Source: Vicugna vicugna (Eukaryota). Taken from it: DNA of 64,000 nt. Positions 63,863 to 64,000 of this stretch are shown here, in pieces. Within the stretch, counting starts at the first letter, position 1, and every line of letters starts with the position of its first letter. Location of the stretch: contig MU058198.1 of NCBI GenBank assembly GCA_013265495.1, positions 4,603,779 to 4,667,778 of the forward strand, written 5' to 3'. A program made the position numbers and the translations under genes. The notes under the pieces are model-generated. The model saw only the letters and a program-made list of their open reading frames with translations, did no database searches and had not been told where the DNA came from.

Positions 63863-64000
63863 AGACCTCTTCTCTCTGGGTATTGATCCTACTTTTGTTG
63901 AAAAATTTGTTCATTGTGGATTTTTGCATTAATTTTGATTTTTCAAAATACTGCATTAAAATACTATTTATCTTGATTACTGAGTTTTCAGGGAAGGCAT

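Noticed and set aside
1..64000. Assigning the window to a named gene or chromosome
   Set aside because: No recognisable exon to anchor it; this needs a genome alignment.

Overview
Mammalian non-coding DNA, most likely camelid (alpaca/camel), judged from a Vic-1-type tRNA-derived SINE and artiodactyl-type L1 3' ends; family names come from my recall of consensus sequences, not from a search. I find no credible protein-coding gene: the ORF-track hits are decayed L1 ORF2, a decayed hAT-Charlie transposase, or chance ORFs. The window is mostly a layered transposon record (MIR, L2, L3/CR1, old and young L1, MaLR/ERVL/ERV1 solo LTRs, hAT MITEs) with a few repeat-free islands that look like enhancers. 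I see no wholly new multi-gene system. The most notable signals are retrotransposition and repair events visible directly in the sequence: an L1 3' transduction of ~470 bp inside one target-site duplication (TSD) (6321-6983); a polyadenylated ERV-LTR fragment inserted by L1 machinery (49882-49999); a CpG-rich exon-like fragment wedged between two truncated transposons (14989-15310); a SINE carrying an L1 tail; a 46-bp duplication with a hairpin filler; and a MER41-like LTR with a GAS motif. Boundaries of old repeats are approximate.
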